64,000 nt of DNA, from NCBI GenBank assembly GCA_001179505.1, contig CDMY01000104.1, forward strand, positions 62,001 through 126,000. Direction: 5' to 3'. This DNA comes from Vitrella brassicaformis CCMP3155 (Eukaryota; Protista; Chromerida). Position 1 is the stretch's first letter, and every line of letters begins with the position of its first letter. Shown piece by piece: positions 1 to 13,224 of this stretch. The translations under genes and the position numbers were made by a program. The notes under the pieces are model-generated. The model did not search any database. It was not told the DNA's origin and saw nothing but the letters and a program-made list of their open reading frames with translations.

Positions 1-1647
1 GGTCAGGTCAGGTCAGGCCTGGCCAGGCTACGTCAATGACACACATGCGTGGTCGAGTGCATGTTGTGTGTGTACGTGTTGCTCGCGCTTCATGTTACTG
101 AACTGGATGCCGAGTCAGCACACGTACCATATTGGGGCTGGCAGCCCCTCTGGTCCTTTGGCCACACTGAAGGGAGCACTGCTGCTGCTGCTGCAACGGC
201 CGCTGCGGCAGATGCATGATGGGCGGGGGGGTGAAGGGCGGGAGCTTGTGCTGCCTGTCAGCCCCGCACATTGGCAGTGGCGGCGGTTAGGGGAGATTGG
301 GGAGTGCCACGCGTAGACACGCCACCTGCAGGGCCAGACAAGGACACGCATCCATCCATCCATCAGCAGGCAGTGAGCCACCACCCGACCCGTCTGTGTG
401 TCTGCGTACCATTAGAGAGGGCGATGAGGTGGCAGAAGCGCCAAGGATAGCTGGCAGATGCTTGCAACTCAAGGCACCCACACTAAGCCCACCCATCAGA
501 CGCACACACGCGTAGTCTGTCGCTGCGGCAGGAGCCCAGCACAAAAACCTGCAGACACGACACGACACACGTGGATCCGGAAGACCTCCTGTCCCTGCCC
601 GCCCGCCTGCCTGCCTGCCTGCCTGCCTTCTTGTCTGCCTGCCCACACCTGGAGATGCCTGTCGTCAGTGCTTAGCCAGCCACCACATTCATCCTACTTA
701 CTCAACCCGGCTGCTCCGCGAGATGGAGAGAGAAAGATGCCATGACGCCCATCACCGTGCACGCGTCATGAGCGGCATGTGAGGGGCTGCAGGCAGGAAG
801 CCGACTGGCTGTGTGTGGCCTCAACGAACTGCGTCACCAACAGATCTGATGTCCGGAGAAGGCAATACATTCAGTTTTTTGTGAGCATCTGCGCTTGCTG
901 ACCGACTTGGGAAGACGAGATGCCATCGAGTGCTTGCGCAGATTTCAATCCTCCGAAAGCGAGCTTGGAAAAAAGAACGGTTTCACAGGGCCACAGCTCT
1001 GGCTTATTTTCCTCCCTCGGCGGTTTTCCTGCGTCACCACAGGCTCTGCCGCTCTTCCTGTACGTGAGCCTTTCCCCTTTTTCCCCGCTGCGTGTTCCCC
1101 GCCATGGCGCGCTAGCGATTTGTCGAGGGACAAGCCACAGTTTTCTGATTTGGTGAGCTCGGCCCCTACCGGACGAAAGGAAGCGGTCATCAGAGGTCCG
1201 ACGTACGTACGCACACCCACGACTGAGAGATCTGACGGGTGAGCCCAAAAGGGAGGGTCGATCGAGGAAGCGGAGGCGGGAGGGGGCCACAGGGGTAGAT
1301 CTAGGCAGAGGGGGTGGGTGTGAGGGGCGGGGAGGGCTGGGGAGGCGTGTGGGTGCGTGTGCGTGACGACCGGAGCGAGATGTTGTGTCTATCTCTGTGT
1401 GGTTTTCGGTGTGGGTAGGTACCTAGGTATACTGGTGTGGGTATCCCTTTCGCATCAAGGTAGCGAAGCTGAAGGCTTCACGGGGCGTCCGCTCGACGGT
1501 ACGCACATTCCGCTCACGACCAGACGACACGTGTTCGTTGACAAATGTGGCCTGCTTGTCTGTGTCTGTCTGTCGCCTCTGTCAGGTTAGGAGGGTCAGT
1601 AGTTGCAGCTCGTCGCGCCTTGCCGCGCTCCCAGTAGCTCCCCAGCC

Positions 1648-3483
1648 ATGCCGAAGGAGCACATCCTGATAGAGCGCTATGCCAAGACGAAGCTGTGTCC
1701 CTTCCAGCCGCAGGGCAAGTGCAAGAAGGGAGACAAATGCAAATACGCCCACAGCACCGACGAACTCAGACCCATGCCCGGTGCGTGGCTGGACCTGACT
1801 GACCTGGAACACAACACAACACAACACAACACAAAGCACAACACGCCATACCACAGCCAGACAGACGGAGCGATGGATGGATGGATGTGCCTCTCTCTCT
1901 CTCTCTCTGTGTATGTGTGTGTGTGTGTGTGTGTGTGGTGATGGATCCGTCAGATCTGCGCAAGACCAAGATGTGTGTCCGTTTCATGGAGGGCGGCTGC
2001 AACGACCAGTTCTGCAACTTCGCCCACTCGGCCGAGGAGCTCCGCGCCACTCCCGACCTCTTCAAGACCGCCATCTGCCCCAAGTGGCAACGCGGCGAGT
2101 GCAGAAACCCCGACTGCAGATACGCACACGGCGAGATGGAGCTGAGGCCACGCGCCACACTCGAGGCCAGCCAGAACCTCCCCGTCGACAACACGCGCCT
2201 GCAGCCGCATGCGACGTTTGCCGGAGGGGCGACTCTGCGTGAGTTCGCCAATGCGAGCAACAGCGGGATGACGCCCAACCCCTGGAGCCCTTTCGACGGC
2301 TCCCGGCCGCTGGTGAATGTGTCGGCGCTGCCGGCCCGCCAGCGGGCCAACTCGTCGGTGACGTCAAGTCCTGGGTTTGGAGCTGAGTCGCCATGCAGCC
2401 TCTTCTCCGTCGACGCCATCACCGCCCTCACATCTGGCAACGGCCATGGGAATGGAAACGCAGCCGCCACTGTCACAGCTGTCGTCGCACCCCCCTACCC
2501 CCCGCCGCGACCCACACCCACACCCACACCCGCACCGGTCCCCGCCGCCCCGACGCACAGCTACCCCACCACACAAGATGTGGTGGCACAGCCCATGAAC
2601 CTGGCGAGCGTGCAGGGAGGCCTCTTCAGCAGCGGCCATCACCAGCACCACCAGCAGCAGCCTCAGGGTGTCTCGCGTCCCCAGTGTGGCGGAGGCGTCC
2701 ACACCAATGGCGGCGGGATGCTCTCGCCCTCGCTCGCCTCGCAGTTTTCGACCGCCAGCACGTCGGTCAGCCGGCCGCCCCCCATCCCCACCCATCCACC
2801 ACGATTCATGTCCCCGGAGCTCGGCACCCCGCCCCCGGAGCCTCTCTTCTCCCACCACTCGCAATGGGTCGATGAGTCCTCGTCGCGTTCGAGCGTTGCC
2901 GAGGCCGAGCCGGAGCTGCTCGACGCTGAGGCGGCGAGTGAGGGCTCCACGCGTGAGGGCACAGAGGGCGGCGGTGCGGGCGGGGTGAGTGTCAGCCTGC
3001 CGTTCCTCGACAGCCTGGCGGGGCCGCGGGGGACGCTGTGGCTGAGCCATCCGAAGGGCGAGATAGATGAGGGCAGTGGTCGCGCTGGTGCTGGTGCTGG
3101 TGCGGCGGGTTGCGGACCCGAGGGCGGTCCGTCAATGGAGAGGAGCGAGTTTGTGGCGATGGCGATGTCGCGTCAGTTCCGGGCGGAGGAAGGGCACCAC
3201 CAGCCCCACCACCATCAGCCCCACCACCAGCCGCAGCCGCAGCATGGGGCGTACGAGAGGGGATGCTACAGCAACAACCGTCACAGCAACAGGCCACACC
3301 AGAAACCGGTGAGGGGGAAACGAGCAAGGCAAGGAAGGAAGAGGACAGTGTGTGTATCCTGTGAGTGCACTGCACTGTGTGTATTGATTGTGTGCTCCGT
3401 ATGTATGTCTCATTGTTCAGTTGGTGGAGTTCCGTGGCTCGCGCATGCCTGCTTGGTCGCACTTTGACGCCAGCAGGAACTGA
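1648..3483 (+). CDS. Tandem triple CCCH zinc-finger protein (putative RNA-binding), ~516 aa, 3 exons
   Basis: Exons 1648-1780, 1954-3308, 3421-3483 with phase-compatible GT-AG sites (CCCG|gtgcgt ... tcag|ATCTG; CCG|gtgagg ... ttcag|TTG). Three fingers: YAKTKLC-x8-C-x5-C-x3-H, LRKTKMC-x7-C-x4-C-x3-H, LFKTAIC-x7-C-x4-C-x3-H, each followed by S/G-x2-ELR. Long P/S/Q/H-rich tail. Last exon is the least certain. Confidence 0.85.
1889..1937. repeat. Compound (CT)n-(GT)n microsatellite in intron 1 of the CCCH gene, typical of the dense (GT)n/(CA)n/(CAGA)n/(ATGG)n repeats across the window
   Basis: Directly visible: ctctctctctctctctctgtgtatgtgtgtgtgtgtgtgtgtgtg. Confidence 0.95.
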
Positions 3484-6400
3484 CTGACATGACTGACTTG
3501 CACACTCATCCAGGTCAGTTTACAAATGGCTGGATGGATGGATGAATGGCTGGATATGGATGCTGACATCACCCACCCGGACGATCTCACGATTTCACTG
3601 ATATGCTCTCTCTCCTGTCTGTCTGTTTTGTGCAGACGGGCACGGGCAGGCGTCTATGTGTTCGCTTGTTGTCATCGAATCGAGTGTTCGAGCGATTGAG
3701 CGAGGGAGCTGCGGTCGGTGTGCATCCATCGACCCCCTGGCAGCCACCTTTCTTTCGTAATTTTCTCGCGAGAGGAGGAGTCAGACAGACAGACAGACAG
3801 ACAGACACCCGCCCGCCCGCCCCCGCCTGCATCCAACCCACCCACCCACCCATCCATCCATCCCTGCCTGCGTGCCTGCCGGTCTGTGTGAGTATCCACA
3901 CGTACGTCCATATCCATCCACCCAACCATCGGTACACATATTACATCGGTGTGTCCATCTGCATCCTGAGAGGGCAGGGGAGGGAGGGGGGGGGGGCGAA
4001 TGAATGAATGAATGGATGGATGGAGAGAGGCACGGCGCCACGTGTGTGTTGGTTTGTCGGTTGGTTGGTGTTGGTGGTCTGATTGGGGTCGGGAAGGAGC
4101 CAGCCGTCCGCCTGTGCGTTTGTTGTACTGTGTTGGGAGATGGAGAGGGAGGGGGTGGGGGCAGGTGTGATTGTGTGTTTGCGTGGTTTTCTCTCCGCCT
4201 GTCCGGAGGCCTGCCTGCCTGCCTGCCTCCATTTAAGGAGGACAATGGCGCGCCCGGCACGGCAGCGATGGATGGATGGATGGAGTCGGTGGTCAGTCGG
4301 CTGTTCGGTGGCTGTGGTGGGCGCTGTGGTTGGTTCGGGCGGTCGCGTGGCTGTTTTTCTGACAGCGGGCCTTTTCAGCCTTTTGATTGATTGGCCCACA
4401 GTTTTCACGCCTACACCCACTCATATCATCCCATGTCACACCTTCACACACACACACACACACACGCTTTTCTGCTCGCCTTTCGGGCGTGCCATCCATC
4501 AACACATACATCACATCCACAAATGTGCATGTCCACGTCCATGTCTGTGCCACACACCACACCACACCAACACATGCCGTTGCATATCATATCATATCAT
4601 TCCATTCCATTGCATGTCACGCCATCACACATTATCCTGTGAGTGAGTGAGTGACTGGCCACGTTTTGCCGAGAAGTCAGAGACGGACACCCAGACAGAC
4701 ACAGACAGTCGATTTCGATTTTTCCGCCCCTCTCGTTCTGCCTTCCGCTTCTCAGAGAGGGAGCTAGGTACATGCCATGCCATGCCACACCATGCCATGC
4801 CACCCTCACCCCCTCCCTGCTCTCATCCCAACCAACCAACACATGACAATATGGTGGATGGTGGAGGGAGGGAGGGAGGGAGGTGCGGTTGCACGACTCA
4901 CCTCACTCACATGGGTTTTCCTGCCTACACACGTACACACATACATACGCAGACGTGGATGGATGGATGGATGGATGGTCGTATTTGCTGTCGTGTGTGC
5001 ATCCACGTGGCATCGCATCCATGATGGTTTGTCGGTGGTGCGGCGAGGTGTGGTGTGGTGTGTGTGTCGGGCGTGTGCGGTGTTTGGTGTCTGGTGAGTG
5101 AGAGGGGCGGAGGCCGGGTTGTTTTCCCTTCCCTCCCTCCCTCCCTCCCTCCCTCCCTCCGTCGACGCTTCCCTTTGTCCTTTGTCTGTCTCATTCTTTT
5201 CGTGTCGTTTTGATTTTCCCCACTAATTGGGTCCGAGTCAGGCAGGAAGGTGGGAGGTTTGTGTGATCGTTTCTGTGTTCCCATTGTATCTATGCTGAGC
5301 GCGCGTCGATCGCCCGTAGATGGAGAGAGATACCAACGCCCCACCCACTAAGCGGCCCACTCGCTTGTCTGTTTGATGGATGGATGGATGGAATCATTCG
5401 ATGGGTGATGAGTGGCAGGGGAGCAGGTGCCGACGCCCCTGGCTGGGTGGCTGGCTTTTGTACGTACACACATCCTGCACATGCACACACAACGAACGGC
5501 TGACTGACTGACTGACTGACTCGTCACTCCCTCCCCGATCTGTCTAGTCTATCTGCCTATATATCACGTCACGTGTACATGTATACATGTGCCCATGTGT
5601 TTGTTGATGTATGTCCGTGTGTGATGGTGATGTTGATGGTGGGTCAGCGGGGGGTGTTTCCATATCGCTCTCAGCGCGGCCGGTCGGCCGGTCGGCCGCG
5701 TGACGGAGGATCGTGCTGCCCACATGCGTGGTGAAGTAAGTGGATAAATGAGTGATGAGTGATGTCATGACATACGTACCTCGTATATCAGTCAGTCTCC
5801 TGTCTGTCTGTCTGTCTGATTGAATGCATCGCAGCGAGAGAGCCATTCATTCATTCATTCATCTGCACGTCACGTCCATGTGATGTGCGTGTGTGTTGGT
5901 CGGTCCTTATGTGGGTGTGGGTGTGCTGCCTTCTGATCCACCAGTCAATCTGTTGCATCTGTCTCATCTGTCTGTGTGTTTCCCACCACCACTCACTCAC
6001 TCAGTCACTGGCTGGCTGACTGGCTGGCTGGCTGACTGTCTGCCTCTCTCAATCGACATGGAGGGCGCGGCGCGGCGCCGCACTGTTTCCTTCCACCCCG
6101 TCTGTCTGTCTGTCTGTCTGTCTCTTTGCCTTTGCGTGTGTGCGCGCACTCATGACGTGTGTGTTTTCTATCTGTATGGGTATGAATCGGTGGGAGGGTT
6201 CTTTTAAGCAGTGGATGGCGCGGAATCGAATTGCCGGACGTATCTATGGCAATTTCTCTGCTGTCTGCCTGATTCTGTTGTGTTGCATTCTCGTGCTCTC
6301 TCTCTCGGTCCCTCTCTCTTTCGGTGCGTGTGTGCTTCGGTGTGGTGTCTTTGGTGCCATGATTCTCATGCTTTGTCTCTCTCTCTCTCTCTGCTAATGT

Positions 6401-9400
6401 GCCGTAGATGACTGACTGCCTTTCGTTTTGTTTTGTGGTGCTCTGCCTGCGTCGACATACTCTTTTTCTTCCCACACTCAGTCTTTTTGTCTTTCCCACC
6501 CTGAAAAAGCCAGCCACATGCACTCGGACCGATGCTGACGTGCACGTGCCTGCCTCCATGGATTGGATGATGATTGGCTACCTCCCATGCCTCCATGCAG
6601 ATGTCACTGACTGACTGACTGACTGGTTGGTTCTGACTGACACGAGTGAACCGGATGACAAAGTTGGGTTGGATGTGTATGGATGCGGCAGATAGACAGA
6701 GGAGGAGGCAAGAGATACATACACACATACATGATGCAGATCCAAGAACAGGGGTGGGGTGGGTGGTTTCAATCCCCACTGAGTCCCGGATCCTCGCTGC
6801 CACTATCTCACGGTGCATTCGGTGATGAAAGGCACTGCCCTGATTGATTGAGCCTTGACGCGTGCACTCCCTCACTCACTCACTCACTGAGACATAGTGT
6901 GATGCACTCACTGCACGCCTCGGAACAGACACACACACACACACACAGAGCAAACAGGACGATGAGTGCATGCATCCGCCTCTGCCTGTCTGCCTATCTA
7001 TCTGTCAAGACGATCGAGTGTTTGTGAATGAATGACGCATGCGCGAGGTTTGCCTCATCTCTCCCTCCGTCTGTCCCTCCGTCTTCTCTGCTGCTGCAGC
7101 CGCTGTACTCTATATATGGTGGGTGGTCACGGTGGTGGCTGTCGGTGAGGAGGGGAGGGAAGCGGGCCTGTCGGTCCGTCCCTCCAGGTCCACAGGGGCC
7201 CTTCCGATCCACCGGCCAGCCACACACCCACACACCCACCCTTATGTATGTGTGTGTGTGTGTGTATACTTAGGTAGGGTACATACGTACGTACATAGCT
7301 CCACACACACTGACTCACATACACAACTACCTGCCTACCGACGTGATTGACGCCCTCCATGAACCACTGCGCTGGGCCGCCTGACCGACAAACAGCACTA
7401 ACTGAATGGATGGATGGAATCAACCAAGCGATGAATGCCTCGCTGCGTCCCTTTCTTGACTGCGCGCGCTGTGGTTGACGCAACGTGGCTCAGCGAAGCG
7501 TCAGGCACAGCTCACGTAGACGAACGAGGGACGCAGGAGGCATTGACACTTCGCTTTGTCTTTCTCTTCCTCGCGAATGAATGAATGAATGGATGCATGA
7601 GTGGTCGGCCGGCTGCTTGATGTCCAACTTAGTGATAAGCGGTCGGGTGTCGATGCCGACGTCTCCACGCCCACAGACAGCCAGTTTTTTACCTGGCTGT
7701 TTGTGTGGGGGCGTTGACGCGGATGTGTCGTGTCCCGCATGGGTGTCAGCTTGTGGGGGATGGGCGGCAGGGGGTCTGTATGGGTCTGTGTGTGTGTGTG
7801 TGAATGAATGAATGAGTGTGTGAGATCAGATGTGTGTATGTATGTAAGTCACTGCTACGTATTTTTCTGACCTATCTGGTGCACCACACCCATCCGAGAG
7901 AGCGTTCCTTTCTATGTATATCTGGCTGGCTGTCTGCCTGTCTGTCTGGCCGGGCGAGTGACTGGGGGAGGGAGGGGGACCACACAGGGAGGGAGGGGGA
8001 CCATCACAACACACGGGCTCGCTCCTCATTTTTGAACACACCACCGAAGAGGTGCCTTTCTCCTTTCCGAGCACCTAGAGACAGACAGACACACCACAAC
8101 GAGGGGGCGGGGAAGTGAGTCAACCACACATGTGCGTACGGTACGTACGGGTTTTAAATCATGGGCAGGGCTTGCTCTTATTGCTGATGCGGTCGCTGCG
8201 TGCTGTCTGGCTGACTGACTGTCGGGGGGGGGGCGAGAGTTCTGCTTGTTGTCCTCTATGCTTGCGTACATTCCCGGTTTGCTGTCGGTCGGTCGGTCGG
8301 TCGTTTGATGCGGTTTGATGCTGCACACTCGCCTCCACGCCTTCATTCTTCCAATCTCGCCATGCCATGCCATGCCATCCCACTCGTACATGTGCGTGTA
8401 TCCCTCTCTTTCTATCTGCCCCGTTGGTCGATGTCCGTACTTGCTGACTGACATGTTTGGTGGGTGCTGACTGTCGGTCGCTCGGTCGGTCGGTCGCCGG
8501 ATACTTTCTCCGTTCGTCGTATATCTGTCTGTCTGTGTGTCTGGAGAGAGATAAGGCAACGCAACACGACTGACTCATAACGAGAGTATGGATTTTCCCG
8601 GACCCATACACTACACAAACACTTATGACTTTGTGTGTATCCATCTCTGCAACCTGGATTGGATGCCTGTGTGGTCGACAGAGCGCGATCGAGTGACGTT
8701 TTTCCCGGAGTGAGTGGAGAGGGGAGGGGGGACGGGTGAACGCATGATGCCGGGCTCATGTCTCTCCTTCTTCGCTCCCTTTCCCAATTTTAGCCTACAG
8801 GTAGGACTTTTTCCTCCGCGCGTCCGTCACCCACTTTTCCTTCCCTCGCCGGCCCCCCCTTTATGCCTTTTGTGGCTCACTTGCCGACTCACTCCTTCAC
8901 TCACCGAGGGGAGGTTTGTCCTCCCCATGCACTCATTCCCTGTCGCCCCAGCAATGTCCTGGCGTTTGTTCGTGGATGGATGGATGAATGGATTGTGCGT
9001 GTCGGTCGTGTCGTGTCGTGTCGTGTCGTGTCGTGTCTGGGAGGGGCGTCTTCGTCTTGTCCTGTCTCGTGCGTGCATACAGTTTCGTGGCTGTCTCGGT
9101 GGGACGTTGGCGGTCGATCGACTGACTGACTGACGGACGGACGGACGGACGGGTGAATTGGATTGAATTGAATTGGATTGGCTTGGCAAGGCAGGCGGGC
9201 GGGCTGGCTCGAAGCGCATTCTGCTTTTTCCGGCCTCATCGACGGTTCGGTTCGTCGGGTCTCATGATGACCGACCAACCGGCCGCCAGATCTGGCCATG
9301 GTCACCATTTTTGAGTTGACATCAAGGAATGCGGCGTTCGAGGGCCTGCATTGCATGCCGGCATGCGGGACACGAGTGGAGACGGGGAGAGAAGTGGGGA

Positions 9401-10144
9401 AAAGGAAGTCGGTCGACAATACTTGATGGGCTTGTTTTCTGACTGTTTTCTGACTGGTCTTTTGTTGGTTGTCTGCCTGCCTGCCTGCGTGACCGATCAA
9501 GAGAGATGAGGTGAGAGAGTGTGACGAGATGAGAGGGGCAGAGAGCGATTGTGAGTGATTGAACCTGATTGACGAGAACAATGCGGGTGTCCTGTCGCGT
9601 GACGGTACTCGAGATGACCTTGTCTTGCTGCCGGGGGGTTCGTCTGTGCCGTCCCGGCTCTTCACGCAAGATAGCACACTGGTACGGCCGTGTGTTGATC
9701 TGACGTGGAGTGCAGGGTGGGCACATGGGCGCACACGCCCCAGCAAGTGAGGCTGAGAAGAGACGTGTCAGTGTACGCTGATTGAAAGACTCTATTTGCT
9801 TTTAAGACTATGTGGATGCGTCCGTACATGCACCATCAACACATTACACGTCATCATACAGTGAGTACGCAATCGTGTGTGTGACTGTTTGTCTCGCTTC
9901 CAACACGTATACACAACAAATGTGTGAAACACCCCCCACTAATATTAAACTCTACCACATAGACGCACACCCTCCCTACCATCACACACTCAACTCCTCT
10001 CCTTCACACCCTCCTCCCTGTCTGACGTACCCAAAGCAAGCCAACAGAGAGCCTCTTTCCTGCCTGTCTCTCCCTGCACCCACACCCCCAAGGCTGACTC
10101 GCCGGCTGGCTGCCCTCTGTGTCGGTCGGCCGAAGGAGTGCCAA

Positions 10145-12963
10145 TCAACCTTTCCTCGTGCTGCGTCGACGCTGCTTCGTCTTCATGGGCGGTGCCTCGA
10201 ACGCCAAAAAATCCTCAGCAGCTTGCGAGTCATCCCATGCCACGCGCAACGGGATGGGTATGGCCTCCAACACCTCCTCACCCACACGCAGAGGCAGCCG
10301 CCTCCCCACCATGATGTCGTCGCTCGTCGTTTCAGGTTCAGGCTGCCGCTCGCTGGCCTGCATGACGGTCTCCAGGTACTGCAGCCTGGCTCTTTGCTCA
10401 GCCTGCCTCCGGATCATTTTCCGCTGCTCCTGCTGGAAGAGTGCGTCAGCCTCGCTGTCTCGCGTGCTGTTGGAGCGCGTGCGCTCCGCCTGGCGCAAAG
10501 GCACACTTTTGCTCTCAACCTGAAGACCAACACACACCCACGTGCGTGTCTCGCGCGCGCGCGTGTGTGTGGTTGGGCTACCTTGTCAGCACATGGAGGC
10601 TCCGCGACTTCATCCATGGACGGGAAGGACGGCAGCTTCTCATCAGCATAGATTGCACTGGTCGCCCGGTCCACCCGTCGCGATGCATCAGGGGGCCGCT
10701 CCGCATCATCCACAGCCCTCCCTACTCCTTCATGGACCTCAGCAATTTGCTCCTCAGCAATTTGCTGTTGTTGTGCCTCAGCAATTTGCTCCTGCAGCTT
10801 CTGCACTTGGTTCTGCAGTGTGTCTATCGTCTGCACGGCCATGGCGTTCTGCGAATACAGATCTTGAATCGCCAGACAGAAAGGAGGGGATGGACACGTT
10901 TTGTCAGTGTTATACGGCCGTATACGCACCCGAATGGTGGCCTCGGCTGTCTGTGAGTCCACGGTGAATGCCTGCAGCTGTTTGTGTGCATCAGACAGGG
11001 CTCTCTCCCTCTCCGACGACACCTCCTACATACATGCATACATACACACATATATCAGCACCCAGAATCACCCGTCCGTCACTTGTCTGCGTGCATGCCC
11101 CATCCATCCCCCTACCTTGACGTGTTTCAGATCTTCGGTCAGTTGTGATATTTCTCTCTCGTGTTCTGCCTCGTGAGACTCCTGCTGGTGTCTCTCGTCT
11201 GCAAGAGCCTTCTCGAGGGCTTTCTTGTCCTTGTCGTGCTGGGCATCCCTCTCCTCGGTTTTCTTGACGGCCTCATGTGCCTCTTCCAGCTGCTGTCGTG
11301 TCTCGGCTAGCTGAACCTGCAACAAAGGAAACAGAGATGCGTAATGAGCAGCAGTAAGAAAAAGAAATGCCTGCACCATTAGCGCTGCAGTCTCAGCATT
11401 CTTCCCACTGAGCTCTCCCGCCGCTGCTCTACTTGCGAACTCCCTCTCTTCCACCAGAGAAGCTATCTGTGCCTCAGCTTGCTTGAATCTAACTAAGAGG
11501 TCTTCACGGTCTGTAGTCAACCTCCTTTTCTCTTCCTCAAGTTGGGCGGCTTTGTTTTCCAAGGATGCGATCTGTCGCTTCAATTCAGCCATGTCTCCTT
11601 CCGCCGCACTTGCCATTCTCCTCTGGTCTTTTTCCAGTTCTTGCATCCGCCCTTGCCACCCTCTCTCAAGGCGTCTCTTCTCCTCTGCATGCTGAGCGTC
11701 TGCATGCTGAGCGTCCTCCCCTTGGAGAGCTTCCTTCCATTGGGCCTTTTCCCGCTCATACAGTGCCTCCTTTGCAGATGATGTCCTGGTCAGCTCTTCC
11801 AGTTTCGATGCCAATGTCTTGTCTTTGGCTGTGATATCCCTCTGCAGGTGAGCCACTGTGTCTGAGAGACGGGCGTTTTCTTCTCGTTGGTGTTCCTGCA
11901 TTTCCTGGTGCGATGCTGTGGCCTGCTCCAAAGCACGGTCCGCCTTTGCCAGGGCTTCCCGGGTTGTCTCTTCTTTCTTCTTGATAGCCTCTAGCTCGCC
12001 GCAAAGCGACGTCTGAATCCGCTTCAGCCGTGCATTTGTCTCGGTAGCCTCTGAAAGCTCCTTGAGTTTTTCCGCGACCTCTCTCTCAAGCGTTGTCACC
12101 ATAGAGGCCTGCCCCACCATTTCGCTGTGGCACTGCTGCAGTGTAGCCTCGAGTATGCTGATGTTCTGGATGGCGACGGAACCCCTGTCGGTCTCTTCCT
12201 TAGTAGCCGCAAGCTCACCCCTCAGCACCGCCATATCGTCCTTCAAGCGCTCATGGAGGGCCTTCAGCGCATGATGGGCATCTCTCTCCCCCTGCAGGCA
12301 GGCTTTTGTCATGTCCAGTTGATGCTGCAGCTCTGGAAGCGCATTCACGCGACCTCGATGAGTGGTTTGCTTCTGAGTCGTGTTCTCCTGTTGGCGGAAG
12401 TCTTCCTCGAGGGAGGCCAGTGTCTGCTTCCATCGCCGCTCTTTCGCGTCGTTCTGTTGTCTTGTCGCCTTGTATTGAGAGCCCAACTGGATGTACTCGC
12501 GCCGGATATTGTTTGCCTCCTGAGTCTTCTCGATGAGGGCCTGTGTCTTCTCTAGCAGGCTGTCCTCCAGCTGGTCACACTTGGTATACGATGCCGAGAG
12601 CTCGTCCTTCAGCTGACGACTAGCCTCGACGAGGTCATTTTCATCCGACTCATTGGCCATTTGAATCCTCCCATCCATAGCATTGCCGTCCTCCTCAGCC
12701 TGCCGTCTTGCGATTCGTCCTGGCGTCCCCGAAGAAGGAAGAGTCTTGGAGCGTCGCTGCTGATACTCCTCCTTGGCTGCTGCAGAGGATAGCTGCTGTT
12801 GCAGCATTGCAATCTGCCGTGTCTGCTGCCGTACAAGCGCATCTGACGACCGAAGAACACGGTGAAGCTGCCGGTTCTGTGTCTGCAAGTCCGGTATGTG
12901 GGCAGAGGGGGCCGGAGAGAACAGAGATGCAGGTACAGCGGCGGAAGTGTTGGAGGTATCCAT
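10145..12963 (-). CDS. Long coiled-coil protein of unknown function, ~825 aa, 5 exons
   Basis: Exons 12963-11377, 11316-11116, 10977-10930, 10848-10582, 10519-10145, all joined in phase 0 at GT-AG sites. E/K/Q/L/A-rich heptad-like sequence (LEEAHEAVKKTEERDAQHDKDKKALEKALADE). No enzyme motif seen. The 60-nt first intron is in frame and could be retained. Confidence 0.75.
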
Positions 12964-13224
12964 GCTTTGAGGATGCCGATCCTAGGAGGGTTCAAAAGGC
13001 ACCCGAGCGTCCAAAGAAAGGTTCATTCAGCCTGCAACCTGCGTGTTTTGCGAGCTTGAAACCTTCCATATTTCTTGGAGGTTTGTGACGTCAACACCGA
13101 CAGTCTGGTTAAACAGACTAACCAACCAACCAACACCGGATAAACCCGCTGGAACAGCTGATTTGACGACTGCTGCCGACTCAGTCCCCCACCGATGGCC
13201 TTCTGATCTTATCGGCTGAGCATC
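12964..13224. promoter_or_regulatory. Probable bidirectional promoter between the coiled-coil gene (-) and the methyltransferase (+)
   Basis: Only 261 bp separate the two divergent ATGs. Inferred from geometry; no specific motif assigned. Confidence 0.45.

Noticed and set aside
1-760. Overlapping short ORFs on both strands with some splice-like sites
   Set aside because: No frame gives a convincing protein after trial splicing (41 aa or early stops). Probably UTR or non-coding sequence of a gene outside the window.
1766-3462. Minus-strand ORFs of 99-236 aa over the CCCH gene
   Set aside because: Antisense shadows of a GC-rich coding exon with no motifs.
3587-9750. Many 60-280 aa ORFs (for example 8901-9746, 4083-4646, 6005-6559)
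   Set aside because: Translations are dominated by microsatellite peptides (CVCV, THTH, DGWMDG, TDRQ) and have no domain signal.
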